NCBI GenBank assembly: GCA_965223415.1
Contig: OZ245002.1
Coordinates: 1 to 64,000 of the forward strand
Source of the DNA: Myxococcota bacterium
Lineage (GTDB): Bacteria; Myxococcota_A; UBA9160; UBA6930
Length of the DNA stretch: 64,000 nucleotides
Direction: 5' to 3'
Part shown: piece after piece, positions 35,067-45,976 of the stretch
Numbering within the stretch: the stretch's first letter is position 1
Layout of the letters: each line of letters opens with the position of its first letter
Program-made: the position numbers and the translations under genes
Notes under the pieces: generated by a model
What the model was told of the DNA's origin: nothing
Database searches by the model: none
What the model saw: only the letters and a program-made list of their open reading frames with translations

Positions 35067-36299
35067 TCAAGGGGACACGGTCACACGGGCAAAGCGGCGC
35101 TTGCCGGCCTGGAGCAGATAGGACCCCGCCGGAAGCCGGTGCTTCGGATCCCGCACCACCTCGCCGTCGACCCGGGCGCCGCCCTGGGTCACGACCCGGC
35201 GCGCTTCGGAGTTGCTGGCCATCCCGAGAGCCTGACGAAGGGCCTCCAGGAGGCCCAGGTCCGGGGCGCCCGCAAGCCCCAGCTCCACCTCGGGAATCTC
35301 GTCCGGCACCTCGCGCTTCTGGACCACCTTCCGGAAGTGATCCGCCGCGGCGTGGGCCGCCTCCTCGCCGTGAAAGCGCGCCACCAGCGCGTGGGCCAGG
35401 CGCTGCTTCACCGCGAGGGGGCTCCCGCCCGCCGCCCCGAGAGCGGCCGCGTCGGCGACGAGCTCGGGCCAGCGGCCGAAGCCCAGGGACCCGACCCAGG
35501 CCCCCATCAGCTCGTCGGAGACGCTCATCGTGCGGCCGTACATCTCCTCCGGCGCGTCGGTGATGCCGATCGTGTTGCCCACGCTCTTCGACATCTTCTC
35601 CTTGCCATCGGTACCGACGAGGAGCGGGTGGGTGATGACGGCCTGGGGCACCTGGCCGTAGTCGCGCTGGATCTCGCGGCCCACGAGCAGGTTGAAGGTC
35701 TGGTCGGTGCCTCCGAGCTCCACGTCCGCCTGCAGGGCCACCGAGTCGTAGGCCTGCACCAGGGGGTAGAGGAACTCGTGGACCGCGATCGCCTCGCCGG
35801 CCTTGTAGCGCTTCGCGAAGTCGTCGCGTTCGAGCATGCGCGCCACCGTGTAGCGGGAGCACAGGCGCACCAGGTCGGCCGGACGCATGGCATCCATCCA
35901 CTCGCCGTTGAAGCGGATCTCGGCGCGCTCCGTGTCGAGGACGTGGCTCACCTGGTCGACGTAGGTCTGGGCGTTGCGACGCACCTCGGCCTCGTCCAGG
36001 GCGGGCCTCGTCTTCTTCTTCCCGGTGGGATCGCCGATGCGCGCCGTGAAGTCGCCGATCAGGAAGACGGGCGTGTGCCCGAGCTCCTGGAAGACGCGCA
36101 GCTTCTCCAGGGTGATGGTGTGGCCCAGGTGGAGATCCGGAGCCGAAGGATCCATACCGAGCTTCACGCGAAGCGGTCGCCCGTCGCGGAGGGCTCCGGC
36201 GAGCCGCAGGCGGAGCTCGTCCCGCCCGATGAAGGCCTCGCTGCCCTCCCCCATCGCGTCGAGCTGGCGCTCGACCTCGGCCGCGGCGGAATCGCTCAC
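35067..36299 (-). CDS. tyrS: Tyrosine--tRNA ligase
   Basis: HLGH, KMSKS, QAYDS, GGTDQTFN, C-terminal S4 domain. Confidence 0.97.
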   Translation of the reverse strand: MSDSAAAEVERQLDAMGEGSEAFIGRDELRLRLAGALRDGRPLRVKLGMDPSAPDLHLGHTITLEKLRVFQELGHTPVFLIGDFTARIGDPTGKKKTRPALDEAEVRRNAQTYVDQVSHVLDTERAEIRFNGEWMDAMRPADLVRLCSRYTVARMLERDDFAKRYKAGEAIAVHEFLYPLVQAYDSVALQADVELGGTDQTFNLLVGREIQRDYGQVPQAVITHPLLVGTDGKEKMSKSVGNTIGITDAPEEMYGRTMSVSDELMGAWVGSLGFGRWPELVADAAALGAAGGSPLAVKQRLAHALVARFHGEEAAHAAADHFRKVVQKREVPDEIPEVELGLAGAPDLGLLEALRQALGMASNSEARRVVTQGGARVDGEVVRDPKHRLPAGSYLLQAGKRRFARVTVSP

Positions 36300-36916
36300 C
36301 CTTCCTCCTTGCGAGAGCGGGAGGGTACCAGCTCGCCGTCCTCGCGAGGGCGGGAACGTACCAGCTCGCCTCCGGCGACCACTGCGTCGACGGGCTCGTC
36401 GTGGGGCTCGACCGGGACGCGGTCCACGAGCTGGCAGGCGTAGGCGAGGCCGATCGCCTGGAAGCGGCGTCCATCGAGGAGCCGGTCGAAGTGCCCGCCG
36501 CCGCGACCGAGCCGCGCGCCGCTCGGGTCGAAGGCGCGACCGGGGACCAGGACGAGGTCGCCGGCCGCGAGCGCGGACGAAGGCGCGTGGGGCGGCGGAA
36601 CCCGGGCGCCGTACCGGCCGGGTACGAGGGCGTCCCGGTCATCGCAGCGCGCGTACTCGACCTCCTCCCCGACGAAGCGCGGCCACAACACAGGCTTGCC
36701 CTCCGCGCGGGCCAGGGCGTGGAGGGGGCCGGTCGGCAGCTCGTCGGGCAGGGAGGCAAACAGGCCGACGCGGCGCGCCGCCTGGAAGACGGGCAGCCGG
36801 GCCACGACGCTTGCCGCCCGATCTCCCGCCCGCCGGGCCTCCTCCGGCGCCATGCCCGCCAGCCGCTCCCGCATCTCCTGCCGCAGGGCGGCCTTGGCCT
36901 GGCGGATCCGGCTCAG
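36296..36916 (-). CDS. 5-formyltetrahydrofolate cyclo-ligase (start uncertain: CTG 36916 or ATG 36874)
   Basis: LVPGRAFD..GARLGRGGGHFDR, PVEPHD; KAALRQEMR N-terminal motif. Confidence 0.9.
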   Translation of the reverse strand: MSRIRQAKAALRQEMRERLAGMAPEEARRAGDRAASVVARLPVFQAARRVGLFASLPDELPTGPLHALARAEGKPVLWPRFVGEEVEYARCDDRDALVPGRYGARVPPPHAPSSALAAGDLVLVPGRAFDPSGARLGRGGGHFDRLLDGRRFQAIGLAYACQLVDRVPVEPHDEPVDAVVAGGELVRSRPREDGELVPSRSRKEEG

Positions 36917-37227
36917 GCCGAGGGGCTCGCAGGCGCCGCGCCGTCCACCGCGGCTTCGACGAGCCCCAGCAGGTCGTCGAGGCGGGTCGTGTCCACCTGG
37001 GGGCCCCGGGCGGTCTCGTCGCGCAGGGTGATCAGGTGATTGGCGAGGTTCAGGGCGGCGAGCACGGCCACGTCGACGCTGTCGACCGTGCCGGCCCGCT
37101 CGCGGACACGGCTCATCGTCTCGTCGAGGAGCGCGGCGGCCCGCTGGACCGTGGCGGCGTCGGACTCGCCGCGCACCTTGTACTCCTGACCGAGGATCGT
37201 CACGGGAACGACGCGCTTCGCGGCCAC
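36913..37227 (-). CDS. zapA: Cell division protein ZapA
   Basis: VTILGQEYKV, AVLAALNLA; conserved position before the cyclo-ligase. Confidence 0.9.
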   Translation of the reverse strand: MAAKRVVPVTILGQEYKVRGESDAATVQRAAALLDETMSRVRERAGTVDSVDVAVLAALNLANHLITLRDETARGPQVDTTRLDDLLGLVEAAVDGAAPASPSA

Positions 37228-37231
37228 GACG

Positions 37232-37540
37232 CTAGGCCTCGGTGTCCGCGGGGATCGTCAGGCGTCGCTCGAGCTGGGCGTCGAGCTGATCGAGCCGCGC
37301 GAGCACGTCGTCGAGGCGCTTTCCCGCGTCCTGGCGCCGCTGGTTCAGCTCGCGGATCTGCTCGTCGCGCTCGGCGAGCTGGGCCAGGGTGTGGGCGTGC
37401 TCCGCTTGGAGGGACTGGAAGCGATCGACGAGCGTGCGCACCAGCTCGTCGAGCCGCTCGAACTTCCGGATCTCCGACTCCGCGCCGTCTCGTGCGGCCG
37501 GCGAGTCGGGCGTCGCCTGGGCCAAGGTTCCGCGCGTCAT
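37232..37540 (-). CDS. ZapB-like coiled-coil protein
   Basis: Heptad coiled coil directly upstream of zapA; start uncertain. Confidence 0.65.
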   Translation of the reverse strand: MTRGTLAQATPDSPAARDGAESEIRKFERLDELVRTLVDRFQSLQAEHAHTLAQLAERDEQIRELNQRRQDAGKRLDDVLARLDQLDAQLERRLTIPADTEA

Positions 37541-37649
37541 CCCGAGCTCCCCCTCGTTTCGGATGCTACCGGGGGCGGGGGAAACCCGTCAATCGCTGAG
37601 GGACAAAACGCGGTTCTGGCCGCTCGCGAGGGGCACGGAGACGCGTCCG

Positions 37650-38834
37650 TCAGCGCTGGAAGCGCCAGTAGGTTCCGCGAGAGGTCTCGACGGCGACGAG
37701 ACCGAAGCGGTGGCCGGCCGAGCGGCGCTCGCGCAGCAGGTTGAAGAGGTCCGACATCACGCTTCGGTTCTCGCCGTAGTAGGAATGGCCGACGAGGCTC
37801 GTGTCCACGGCCGTGGCGTCGACCGTTTCGATCCGCTCGTGGATGGCGATTCCGTCCGTGGTGTCGCCCACCCGCGGGAAGCCGAGGACGTCGCGGGCCA
37901 TCTGGAGCGCCCGGTCCCGGGCCGAGGCGTACAGCGTCACGCGTTGGCCGGCGTTGGCGAGCACCTGGGCCAGCTCCCGCTCGAAGTCGCGGGCGTCGAC
38001 GTCCGGCGCCGCCAGCACGATCTCCTGGAAACGGGGGGTCGCCGGCCCCACCGGCGGCGCGAGCTCCCGGAGGGCCGCCGCGAGCACGTGGGCGCCCATA
38101 CTGTGGGCGATCAGGTGGACGGTGGAGGCGCCGGAGCGGAGCTGGATCTCGGAGAGGAAGTCCGCCAGAGCGGAGCCGCTCGAATGGGCCACCTCCCGGT
38201 CGCGCAGGTAGCTGGTGACGCGGCCTTCCGAGGGCCAGCTGAACAGGACGGGGGCCCCAGGGAACTTCAGGTCGTAGGCGATCTGGGCGCTTCGCCGGGC
38301 CGCCTCCTCGAAGGGCACGTTGAAGCCGTGCACGAAGACGAAGGCCTCGGCCTTCTCCGAGCGGGCCACCGCGTCGGCGAGCTGGGCGTGGAAGTAGCGG
38401 GATGCCAGCGGCTGCACGGAGGCCAGGACCACGTGCTCGTCCGGATCCGGGGCGAGCTCGAGGCGCCAGATCGACGGCGTCTCGAGCTCGCCCAGGCGGT
38501 GATCGAGAGGAAGGGTCACACGGACGCGCCCCAGCTCCAGGGCGCCGGCCCCCCAGCCGTAGATGCGATCCGGGTGACAGTGGCGCGTGCGCACCCGGTT
38601 CGTCCCGTAGAAGACGTCGACGGCGACGAAGCGATCGGAGAGGTCCCCTGCAGCCGCCTCGGCTCCCCGCGTCACGGCGGAGCCCTCCCCGTCGGGGCCC
38701 CCCAGCAGGTCGAAGGAGACCGGACAGGCGCCCGCGGCGGCCTCGCCGGCGCCGGTCCCGCCGCTGGCACATCCGCCGCTCGCGGCGAGCAACGCGAGGA
38801 CGAGCACGGCGGCGCGGGTCCGGGGGGAAGGCAT
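37650..38834 (-). CDS. DUF900-type alpha/beta hydrolase, putative lipoprotein
   Basis: VFYGTNR, FVHGFN, FSWPS, AHSMG, LAAPD, GHSY; signal peptide ending GGC. Confidence 0.87.
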   Translation of the reverse strand: MPSPRTRAAVLVLALLAASGGCASGGTGAGEAAAGACPVSFDLLGGPDGEGSAVTRGAEAAAGDLSDRFVAVDVFYGTNRVRTRHCHPDRIYGWGAGALELGRVRVTLPLDHRLGELETPSIWRLELAPDPDEHVVLASVQPLASRYFHAQLADAVARSEKAEAFVFVHGFNVPFEEAARRSAQIAYDLKFPGAPVLFSWPSEGRVTSYLRDREVAHSSGSALADFLSEIQLRSGASTVHLIAHSMGAHVLAAALRELAPPVGPATPRFQEIVLAAPDVDARDFERELAQVLANAGQRVTLYASARDRALQMARDVLGFPRVGDTTDGIAIHERIETVDATAVDTSLVGHSYYGENRSVMSDLFNLLRERRSAGHRFGLVAVETSRGTYWRFQR

Positions 38835-38887
38835 CGAAGGGTCTGAAGGTATCCCGCGTGCGACGGCTCGGCCCGACCCGGCCGGCC

Positions 38888-40357
38888 TCAGACGAAGGCG
38901 TTGCGGGACTGGAGCCGGGAGTCGCCCATCAGGTAGGCGTCGACGGCGCGGGCGGCCTCCCGCCCCTCCCATTGCGCCCACACCACGAGGGACTGACCGC
39001 GACGGCAATCGCCGGCGGCGAAGACGCCGGGCTCGCTCGTTGCGAAGCTCCGCGTATCGGCGAGGACATTGCCACGGGGATCGAGGTCCACGCCCAGGCC
39101 GTCGACCAGCCCCTCCTTCACCGGGCCGAGGAAGCCCATCGCCAGGAGCACCAGATCCGCCCGCAGCTCGAACTCGCTCCCGGGCACCTCGCGCATGCTC
39201 GGCATGAGCGGACGGTTCAGCTCGTCGCGGTCGAACTCCACCTTCACGCCGCGTAGCGTGGTCACCCGGCCGCCCTCGCCGACGAGCTCCTTCGTCATCA
39301 TGGCGTAGAGGCGCTCGCCGCCTTCGACGTGGGAGCTCGAAACGTTGAAGTAGTACTTCTTGGCGTGGGGCCAGGGCTCGGACTCGTGGCGGCCCTCGGG
39401 CGGCCGCGGGAGCAGCTCGAGGGACGTGACCGACGCCGCCCCGTGACGATGGGAGGTGCCGATGCAGTCGGAGCCGGTGTCGCCGCCGCCCAGCACGATC
39501 ACGTGCCTTCCTCCGGCCAGGATCGACTCGGCCTCGGGCACGCTGTCCCCCGCGACGCGGCGGTTCTGCTGGGGAAGGAACTCCATGGCGAAGTGCACGC
39601 CGCCCAGGTCGCGGCCCGACACGGCCAGATCGCGGGGCGCCTCGGCGCCCAGACAGAGGAGCACGGCGTCGAAGCCCTTGCGCAGCTCGGCCACCGAGAG
39701 ATCGACGCCCACGTGGACACCGGTCTGGAAGCTCACGCCCTCTTCGCGCATCTGGTCGAGGCGGCGGTCGATCGCCCACTTCTCGAGCTTGAAGTCCGGG
39801 ATGCCGTAGCGGAGCAGCCCCCCGACCCGGTCGCTCTTCTCGAAGAGTGTCACCGTGTGGCCGGCGCGGGTCAGCTGCTGGGCCGCCGCCAGGCCGGCGG
39901 GACCGCTGCCGATCACGGCCACCGAGCGGCCGGTCCGACGCTCGGGCTTCTGGGGGCGCACCCAGCCCTCGTCCCAGCCCCGCCGGACGATCTCCCACTC
40001 GATCTGCTTGATCGTCACCGGGTCCTGGTTGATGCCCAGCACGCAGGCCTGCTCGCAGGGTGCGGGGCACACCATGCCCGTGAACTCCGGAAAATTGTTC
40101 GTCGAGTGCAGGCGGACCAGTGCGTCCTCCCACTTGTCCCGGAACACCAGGTCGTTGAAGTCGGGGATGACGTTCCCGAGCGGACAGCCGTCGTTGCAGA
40201 ACGGGATGCCGCAGTCCATGCAGCGGGACGCCTGGGTCTCTGCCTTCTCGGTGGGGAAGTCCTCCTGGACGCACTCCCAGTCGTCCAGCCGCTCCTCGAC
40301 GGGCCGATAGGAGGTGCCCTCCCGGCCGTGCTTCAGGAAGCCCCGTGCGTCACCCAT
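38888..40357 (-). CDS. gltD: Glutamate synthase small subunit
   Basis: [48 protein letters not shown]. Confidence 0.97.
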   Translation of the reverse strand: MGDARGFLKHGREGTSYRPVEERLDDWECVQEDFPTEKAETQASRCMDCGIPFCNDGCPLGNVIPDFNDLVFRDKWEDALVRLHSTNNFPEFTGMVCPAPCEQACVLGINQDPVTIKQIEWEIVRRGWDEGWVRPQKPERRTGRSVAVIGSGPAGLAAAQQLTRAGHTVTLFEKSDRVGGLLRYGIPDFKLEKWAIDRRLDQMREEGVSFQTGVHVGVDLSVAELRKGFDAVLLCLGAEAPRDLAVSGRDLGGVHFAMEFLPQQNRRVAGDSVPEAESILAGGRHVIVLGGGDTGSDCIGTSHRHGAASVTSLELLPRPPEGRHESEPWPHAKKYYFNVSSSHVEGGERLYAMMTKELVGEGGRVTTLRGVKVEFDRDELNRPLMPSMREVPGSEFELRADLVLLAMGFLGPVKEGLVDGLGVDLDPRGNVLADTRSFATSEPGVFAAGDCRRGQSLVVWAQWEGREAARAVDAYLMGDSRLQSRNAFV

Positions 40358-40386
40358 TGCCGCTCTCCGTCCGGCGAATCCTCGGC

Positions 40387-43300
40387 TCAGCCATTTCCAC
40401 TCTCCGCCTGCACGCGCTCGTCCAGGGCTCGCTTGTAGTCGCGGGGGAAGACCTTCACGAACTTCTTGGCCAGCGTCTCCCACTTCCGCAGCACCTCGTC
40501 GGCCTTGGCGCTCCGCGTGTACTTGAAGTGGTTCCGGACCATCCGCTGGAGGAACTCGAGATCGTCCTCCTCCAACGGGTCGAGGTCGACGGTCTCCGGA
40601 TTGACCCGGCTCGCGAACTGCCCCTCTTCGTCCAGCACATAGGCGATACCGCCACTCATGCCCGCGCCGAAGTTGCGCCCGGTCTCGCCCAGGATCACCG
40701 CTCGGCCGCCGGTCATGTACTCGCAACCGTGGTCGCCCACGCCCTCCACCACGGTGTGGGCGCCGCTGTTGCGCACGCAGAAGCGCTCGCCGGCCTTGCC
40801 CTGGAAGTAGGCCTCGCCGCTGGTCGCGCCGTAGAGCACGACGTTGCCGGTGATGATGTTCTCGGCGGGATCGAAGGTCGATCCCTCCGGCACCTTCACG
40901 ACGACCTTCGCACCGCAGAGCCCCTTGCCCGCGTAGTCGTTGGTATCACCCTCCACCTCGAAGGTGAGCCCGCGGGTGCAGAAGGCGGCCAGGCTCTGGC
41001 CCGCGCTGCCCTTGAAGCGGATCGTGATCGTGTCGTCCGGAAGGCCCTCCTCCCCGTACTTGCGCGACACCTCGGAGCCCAGGATCGTGCCTGCGGTCCG
41101 GTTCGTGTTCCGGATCGGCAGCTCGATCTCGACCTTCTCGCCGCGCTCGAGGGCCGGCGCCGCCCGCCGCAGGAGATCCTGGTCGAGCACCTCCTCGAGC
41201 TCCGCCGCCAGGCTCTGCTCGGTATCGCAGACGATCGAGTGGGGCACGTCCGGGCGGTGGAAGAGCTCGGAGAAGTCGAGGCCCTCCTGCTTCCAGTGGC
41301 CCGCCGCCTTCTCGACGTCGAGCACCTCCACGTGGCCGATCATCTCCTGGAGGCTCCGGAAGCCGAGCTCGGCCATCAACTCGCGCGCCTCCTCCGCGAT
41401 CCAGAGCAGGTACTGGACCACGCTGTCCGGCGTCCCGGCGAAGCGCTCGCGCAGCACCGGATCCTGGGTGGCGATGCCCACCGGGCAGGTGTTCAGGTGG
41501 CAGACCCGCATCAGGATGCAGCCCATCGCCACCAGCGGCGCGGTGGCGAAGCCGTACTCGTCGGCGCCGAGGAGCGCCGCGATCACGACGTCGCGGCCGG
41601 TCTTGAGCCCACCGTCGGTCTGCACGCGGATGCGGCCGCGCAGGTCGTTCAGCACCAGCGTCTGCTGGGTCTCCGCCAGGCCGATCTCCCAGGGCATGCC
41701 CGCGTACTTGATCGAGGCCTGGGGCGAGGCGCCCGTCCCGCCGTCCATGCCGCTGATGAGCACGCCGTCGGCCTTCCCCTTCGAGACGCCGGCGGCGATC
41801 GTGCCCACGCCGGTGACCGACACGAGCTTCACCGACACTCGTGCCCGCCGGTTGGCGTTCTTCAAGTCGTAGATGAGCTGGGAGAGGTCCTCGATCGAGT
41901 AGATGTCGTGGTGAGGCGGCGGCGAGATCAGGCCCACGCCGGGGGTCGAGTGGCGGACCTTCGCGATCGTCTCGTTCACCTTGTGGCCGGGCAGCTCGCC
42001 GCCCTCACCGGGCTTCGCACCCTGGGCCACCTTGATCTGCATCTCGTCGGAGTTGACCAGGTACCAGCTCGTCACGCCGAAGCGGCCCGAAGCGACTTGC
42101 TTGATGGCGCTGCGCCGCAGGTCGCCGTTCTCCTCCGGCGTGAAGCGGTCCGGATCCTCGCCGCCCTCGCCGGTGTTCGACTTGCCGCCGAGCCGGTTCA
42201 TCGCGATCGCCAGGGTCTGGTGCGCCTCCAGCGAGATCGAGCCGTACGACATGGCGCCGGTGCAGAAGCGCTTCACGATCTCGCCGGCCGGCTCCACTTC
42301 GTCGAGGGGCACGGCCGGGCGTAGCCCTTTCTTGAAGCTGAACAGCCCGCGCAAGGTGCAGGCGCTCGTGGCGTCGCCGTCGGCGGCCCGCGAGAAGGCC
42401 TTGTAGTCCTCGTAGCTCCGGCGACGCAGCGCGATCTGGAGCTGGGAGACCGTGTCGGGATTGAAGGTGTGGCGCTCGCCGCGGGTCCGCCACTGGTACA
42501 AGCCGCCGGGATCGAGCTCCGAGTAGGTGAAGTCGTCGCCGGGGAAGGCGCGCCCGTGGCGAATCGCCGCCTCCTTCGCCAGCACGTCGTAGCCAACGCC
42601 GGACACCCGCGACGCCGTGCCCGTGAAGCAACGCTCGACCAGCTCCCGCTCCAGCCCGACCGCCTCGAAGATCTGCGCACCCCGGTAGGAGGCCAGGGTG
42701 GAGATGCCCATCTTGGCGAAGGTCTTGAGCAGGCCCTTGTCGTTGGCCTTGATGAAGTTCTGCTTGGCGGTCTCGGCGTCCAGCCCCTCGGGCGTGAAGG
42801 TGCCGTCCTCCACGATCTCCTCGAGGGTCTGGAACGCGAGGTAGGGGTTGATGGCGGCGGCACCGTAGCCGATGAGCAGCGCCATGTGCGCGACCTCGCG
42901 GGCCTCCCCGGTCTCGCAGACGATCCCGCAGCGGGTGCGCAGGGTCTCGCGGATCAGGTGGTGGTGCACGGCCCCGGTCGCCAGCAGCATCGGAATCGGC
43001 GCCTGGTCCGGCCCGATGCCGCGATCGGACAGGATCAGGATGTTGACGCCGTCGCGCACCGCCTGCTCCGCCTCGGCGCACAGCTGGTCGAGGGCCGACC
43101 GCAGACCCACGCCGCCTTCGGCGGGCTTGAACAGGCAGGGAAGCGTCCGGGCCGCGAAGCCCGGGAGATCGACGTGGCGCAAGGCCTCGAGCTGCTCGTC
43201 GGTGATGACCGGGTGCGCGACACGGATCATCCGCGCGTGCTCCTCGGTCTCGGCGAGCAGGTTGCCCTCGCTGCCGAGGGGCGAGTAGAGCGCCATCACC

Positions 43301-44991
43301 GGGCGCTCGTTGATCGAGTCCATCGCCGGGTTCGACACCTGGGCGAAGAGCTGCTTGAAATAGCGATAGAGCATCTGCGGCCGGTCGGAGAGGCACGCCA
43401 GGGCCGCGTCCTCCCCCATCGAGCCGATCGGCCACTTGCCCTGCACCGCCATCGGCGCGAGCAGCACCTTCAGATCCTCGGTCGTGTAGCCGAACGCCTG
43501 CTGGAGGGCGAAGCGCCGCTCGGGATCCCGATGCTCCGGAGGCACCTCCGCCGCCGGCAGGTCGCTCAGGACGACGCGCTGGCGCTCGACCCAGTCGCGG
43601 TAGGGCTTGCGGGCGACGAACTCGCGCTTGAGCTCCTCGTCCTCGACGATGCGCCCCTCCTCGAGGTCGATCACGAAGATCTTGCCGGGATGGAGCCGCT
43701 CCTTCTTGAGCACGTTGGCCGGGTCGATGTCGACGACACCCACCTCGGAGGCCATCACCACCATGCCGTCCTTGGTGACGACGTAGCGCGAGGGGCGCAG
43801 GCCGTTGCGGTCGAGCACGGCGCCGATCTTGCGGCCATCGGTGAAGGCGACCGAAGCGGGCCCGTCCCAAGGCTCGAGCATCAGCGAGTGGTACTCGTAG
43901 AAGGCCCGGAGATCCGGATCCATGTCCTCCAGGTTCTCCCAGGCCTCCGGGATCATCATCAGGATCGCCTCGGGCAGCTCCCGGCCGGTCAGGCACAGGA
44001 ACTCGAGGGCGTTGTCGAAGCGCGCCGAGTCCGAGACGTCGCCCTCTCGCATGATCGGATAGAGCTTCTGGAGGTCGTCGCCGAAGAGCGCCGACTCCAT
44101 CGTGCCCTCACGGGCGCGCATCCAGTTCTGGTTGCCCTGGATGGTGTTGATCTCGCCGTTGTGGGCGAGGTAGCGGAAGGGGTGGGCGAGATCCCAGGTG
44201 CCGAGGGTGTTCGTGCTGTAGCGGGAGTGCACGAGGCAGAGGGCCGAGGTGAACTCCGGATCGACCACGTCGGGGAAGAACGCCTCGATCTGCCGCGAGA
44301 TCAGGAGCCCCGTGTAGACGATGGTCCGGCTCGAGAGGCTCGGCACGTAGAAGAAGGCGGAGGCCAGCTCCCGGGCCGTCTGCTTCTCGGCGAGGCGACG
44401 GATCACGTAGAGCTTGCGCTCGAAGGCGTCCTGGTCGGCGTGGCAGGAGCCCTCCGCCTGCACGAAGAGCTGGCGGATCCGCGGCAGACTCGTCCGTGCC
44501 TGGACCCCGACCGCCTGGGGATCGTGGGGAACGTCGCGCCAGCCGAGCACGGTCTGGCCTTCGCCGGCGACGATCTCCTCCAGGATGGCCTCCTGGCGCG
44601 CGGCCGCCGCGTCGTCCTGAGAGAGGAAGACCATCCCGACGGCGAAGCGCCCGGCCTCGGGAAGCGCGATGCCCTGGCCGTTGCACTCGCGGCGAAGGAA
44701 GGTATCCGGGATCTGGACCAGCAGGCCGGCGCCGTCCCCGGTCTCCGGATCACAGCCGCAGGCGCCCCGATGCTCGAGCTGAACGAGCACCTGGATGCCC
44801 TTCTGGACGAGGTCGTGGGACTTCTCGCCGCGAACGTTCGCCACGAAACCCACTCCGCACGCATCGTGCTCGTGGGCCGGGTCGTAGAGGCCTTGCTTGC
44901 GGGGGAGACCCGGGGCGATCCGAGGCTCGCGCGGCGACGGCCGAGGATCGGTCTTGGCGTTCCGCGGGGGCTGGCATCCCGGATCAGTCAT
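40387..44991 (-). CDS. gltB: Glutamate synthase large subunit
   Basis: [50 protein letters not shown]; start taken at ATG 44991. Confidence 0.97.
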   Translation of the reverse strand: MTDPGCQPPRNAKTDPRPSPREPRIAPGLPRKQGLYDPAHEHDACGVGFVANVRGEKSHDLVQKGIQVLVQLEHRGACGCDPETGDGAGLLVQIPDTFLRRECNGQGIALPEAGRFAVGMVFLSQDDAAAARQEAILEEIVAGEGQTVLGWRDVPHDPQAVGVQARTSLPRIRQLFVQAEGSCHADQDAFERKLYVIRRLAEKQTARELASAFFYVPSLSSRTIVYTGLLISRQIEAFFPDVVDPEFTSALCLVHSRYSTNTLGTWDLAHPFRYLAHNGEINTIQGNQNWMRAREGTMESALFGDDLQKLYPIMREGDVSDSARFDNALEFLCLTGRELPEAILMMIPEAWENLEDMDPDLRAFYEYHSLMLEPWDGPASVAFTDGRKIGAVLDRNGLRPSRYVVTKDGMVVMASEVGVVDIDPANVLKKERLHPGKIFVIDLEEGRIVEDEELKREFVARKPYRDWVERQRVVLSDLPAAEVPPEHRDPERRFALQQAFGYTTEDLKVLLAPMAVQGKWPIGSMGEDAALACLSDRPQMLYRYFKQLFAQVSNPAMDSINERPVMALYSPLGSEGNLLAETEEHARMIRVAHPVITDEQLEALRHVDLPGFAARTLPCLFKPAEGGVGLRSALDQLCAEAEQAVRDGVNILILSDRGIGPDQAPIPMLLATGAVHHHLIRETLRTRCGIVCETGEAREVAHMALLIGYGAAAINPYLAFQTLEEIVEDGTFTPEGLDAETAKQNFIKANDKGLLKTFAKMGISTLASYRGAQIFEAVGLERELVERCFTGTASRVSGVGYDVLAKEAAIRHGRAFPGDDFTYSELDPGGLYQWRTRGERHTFNPDTVSQLQIALRRRSYEDYKAFSRAADGDATSACTLRGLFSFKKGLRPAVPLDEVEPAGEIVKRFCTGAMSYGSISLEAHQTLAIAMNRLGGKSNTGEGGEDPDRFTPEENGDLRRSAIKQVASGRFGVTSWYLVNSDEMQIKVAQGAKPGEGGELPGHKVNETIAKVRHSTPGVGLISPPPHHDIYSIEDLSQLIYDLKNANRRARVSVKLVSVTGVGTIAAGVSKGKADGVLISGMDGGTGASPQASIKYAGMPWEIGLAETQQTLVLNDLRGRIRVQTDGGLKTGRDVVIAALLGADEYGFATAPLVAMGCILMRVCHLNTCPVGIATQDPVLRERFAGTPDSVVQYLLWIAEEARELMAELGFRSLQEMIGHVEVLDVEKAAGHWKQEGLDFSELFHRPDVPHSIVCDTEQSLAAELEEVLDQDLLRRAAPALERGEKVEIELPIRNTNRTAGTILGSEVSRKYGEEGLPDDTITIRFKGSAGQSLAAFCTRGLTFEVEGDTNDYAGKGLCGAKVVVKVPEGSTFDPAENIITGNVVLYGATSGEAYFQGKAGERFCVRNSGAHTVVEGVGDHGCEYMTGGRAVILGETGRNFGAGMSGGIAYVLDEEGQFASRVNPETVDLDPLEEDDLEFLQRMVRNHFKYTRSAKADEVLRKWETLAKKFVKVFPRDYKRALDERVQAESGNG

Positions 44992-45014
44992 CGGTTCACC
45001 CTGGTGTGGCGGGC

Positions 45015-45171
45015 GGACTCGTGACGCAGTGCGGCATCCTGGGATGGGGGGAGCGCTCGATGGCCGAAGCCGGGTTGGGGAGCGTGACGAGACACTCACC
45101 ACCGCCTGGATGCCCCGGCCCCTGGGGCCTTCGCAAAGCGGTGATAGAATGCCGGAAGTGCGCGAGAGTCC
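45015..45171 (-). ncRNA. Candidate structured cis-regulatory RNA in the gltB leader
   Basis: Hand-folded three-way junction with G-U pairs on the sense strand; family not recognised. Confidence 0.4.
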
Positions 45172-45190
45172 TGGTTTTTTGCGAGCCGGC

Positions 45191-45219
45191 AGCCTAAACG
45201 ATCGCCCCAGACGTGTCAA
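45191..45219 (-). promoter_or_regulatory. Sigma70 promoter for gltBD
   Basis: TTGACA-17 bp-TAGGCT. Confidence 0.7.
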
Positions 45220-45250
45220 CAGAACTCGGGTGGGGGCATGACCCAACGCG

Positions 45251-45976
45251 TCAAAGCGGAGAGCCACCGGCGAGCACGGCCTGCAACCTGTCCGGGTGGT
45301 TGGTGAACAGGCCGTCGGCCCCCCAGCCGAGCAACGTCTCCATCCGCTTGGGGTCGTCGACGGTGAAGACGTAGACGGCGAGCCCGGCGTCGTGGGCCCG
45401 TTCGATCAGCACCCGGTCGACGAGGGCATCCTCGGGATTCACGGCCTCGGCCCCGAGCGAGGCCGCCCGCTCGGGCCAGCCGTCGGGAAAGCGTCGCGAG
45501 ATCAGGAGCGCCAGGCGCGCGTCGGCGGAGAGCGCCCGCAGCTCCCGCAGTACCGGGTCGTAGAAGGAGCTGAACAGGGTCTCGGCCATGAGGCCCCGGG
45601 AAGCCACCGCCCCCAGGGCCTGGGCCTCCAGGCCCGGGTACGGGCCGCGGGCGCCCTGCTTGATCTCCAGGTTGAAGGGGATGCGGGCGCCGAAGCCGTC
45701 GAGCACCTCGTCGAGCGTCGGCACCGATTCGCCTCCGCCGGCGTCCAGGCGGCGCACGTCGCCGAGCAGCGCGTCGGCGATTTCGCCTTCTCCGCCGAGA
45801 CCCGCGAGGTCCTCGTCGTGGGTGATCACCACGTGGCCGTCGCGGGTGCGGTGCAGGTCGATCTCGATGCAGTCGCTCCGCATCTCGATCGCCAGCTCGT
45901 AGGCGGCGAGGGTGTTCTCGGGCAGACGGCCCGAGGCGCCGCGGTGGGCGATCACGAGGGGCTTGCCGGGCTTCAC
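45251..45976 (-). CDS. Glycerophosphodiester phosphodiesterase
   Basis: [43 protein letters not shown] overlap with glpK stop. Confidence 0.93.
   Translation of the reverse strand: MKPGKPLVIAHRGASGRLPENTLAAYELAIEMRSDCIEIDLHRTRDGHVVITHDEDLAGLGGEGEIADALLGDVRRLDAGGGESVPTLDEVLDGFGARIPFNLEIKQGARGPYPGLEAQALGAVASRGLMAETLFSSFYDPVLRELRALSADARLALLISRRFPDGWPERAASLGAEAVNPEDALVDRVLIERAHDAGLAVYVFTVDDPKRMETLLGWGADGLFTNHPDRLQAVLAGGSPL

Noticed and set aside
44992..45267. In-frame 92-codon N-terminal extension of GltB
   Set aside because: No GltB-like sequence; it spans a sigma70 promoter and is better read as leader
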